Shown piece after piece: positions 63,426 through 64,000 of a stretch of 64,000 bases of DNA (its first letter is position 1; every line of letters starts with the position of its first letter). The stretch comes from Lama glama (Eukaryota), in contig CM052816.1 of assembly GCA_028534125.1 (NCBI GenBank), forward strand, positions 101,184,001 to 101,248,000. The letters run 5' to 3'. A model generated the notes under the pieces. The model did no database searches. It saw only the letters and a list, made by a program, of their open reading frames with translations, and was not told the origin of the DNA. A program made the position numbers and the translations under genes.

Positions 63426-64000
63426 GTGCGTATTTGGACGGGGCTCCCTTGCCCTGCCCTTCCACCCAGCTGTGAGGCCACCAGCGAGGTCCGGTGGGTG
63501 TCATCGTCCCAGGCTGGCTCCCGCCTGCTCACCTCTGACTGCAGGAGGGCTGGAGAGGATAGCGATCATGCCGGAGACACCGGCCATGGGAGGAAGGGGG
63601 CTGCGCCTGTGTGTCTGCGTGTGTGGCCCTGTGTGTGCTTGTGTCCTCACAAGGGCACGTATGTGTGTGGACTTGCCTGTGTCTATGCCACATGTGTGCA
63701 TATGTGCTCTACAGAGTGTGGTGCAGGTGAGAAGGGCAGAGGTCTGGAGGGGTGGAATCAGGGGGCCCCATGTTCTCTCCTGGGGCCGAGCAGGGCCAGC
63801 GGGACCCCCAGGCTGGAGCCGTCATGTAGACCCGGGGGTTGCTCTGGTCCTCGCAGTCAGGCACCTGCTGGGAGGGTTGAGCTGGTCGCAGGGGTCCCTC
63901 CGCTTCACATCTTGGCACTGAGATTCCTGGAAGTGACAGAGGACATGGGCCTCCTTGGAAGGACCACTCACAAACCTGCTCAGAGCTATGGCTGGGAGTT

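Overview
GC-rich mammalian genomic DNA with three assembly gaps of about 500 N. It carries two recognisable genes, in the same neighbour order as the human LPCAT1-SLC6A3 locus. (1) LPCAT1 (lysophosphatidylcholine acyltransferase 1): coding exons 2-7 lie on the minus strand in the contig between gaps 1 and 2 (739-17708), while exons 12-14 and the 3' UTR lie on the plus strand after gap 2. Exons 1 and 8-11 are not in the window. Every visible exon is open with valid splice sites, so the strand switch is most likely a scaffolding inversion. (2) SLC6A3 (dopamine transporter, DAT): CpG-island promoter, non-coding exon 1 and coding exons 2-13 on the plus strand; exons 14-15 lie beyond the right edge. 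The DAT substitutions resemble the bovine protein as I recall it, so a laurasiatherian is plausible, but the species is not identified. The intergenic region is mostly old L1 and MaLR LTR remnants. I found no evidence of a wholly new gene or system. The best leads are a minisatellite built from repeated copies of the LPCAT1 exon 3 splice donor, DAT substitutions at the Zn2+ site and S1 pocket, a compressed RE1-like site, a sharply GC-shifted L1 segment, and several intronic tandem or structure-prone repeats in SLC6A3. Exon and residue numbering follow the human genes from memory; repeat calls are by eye.
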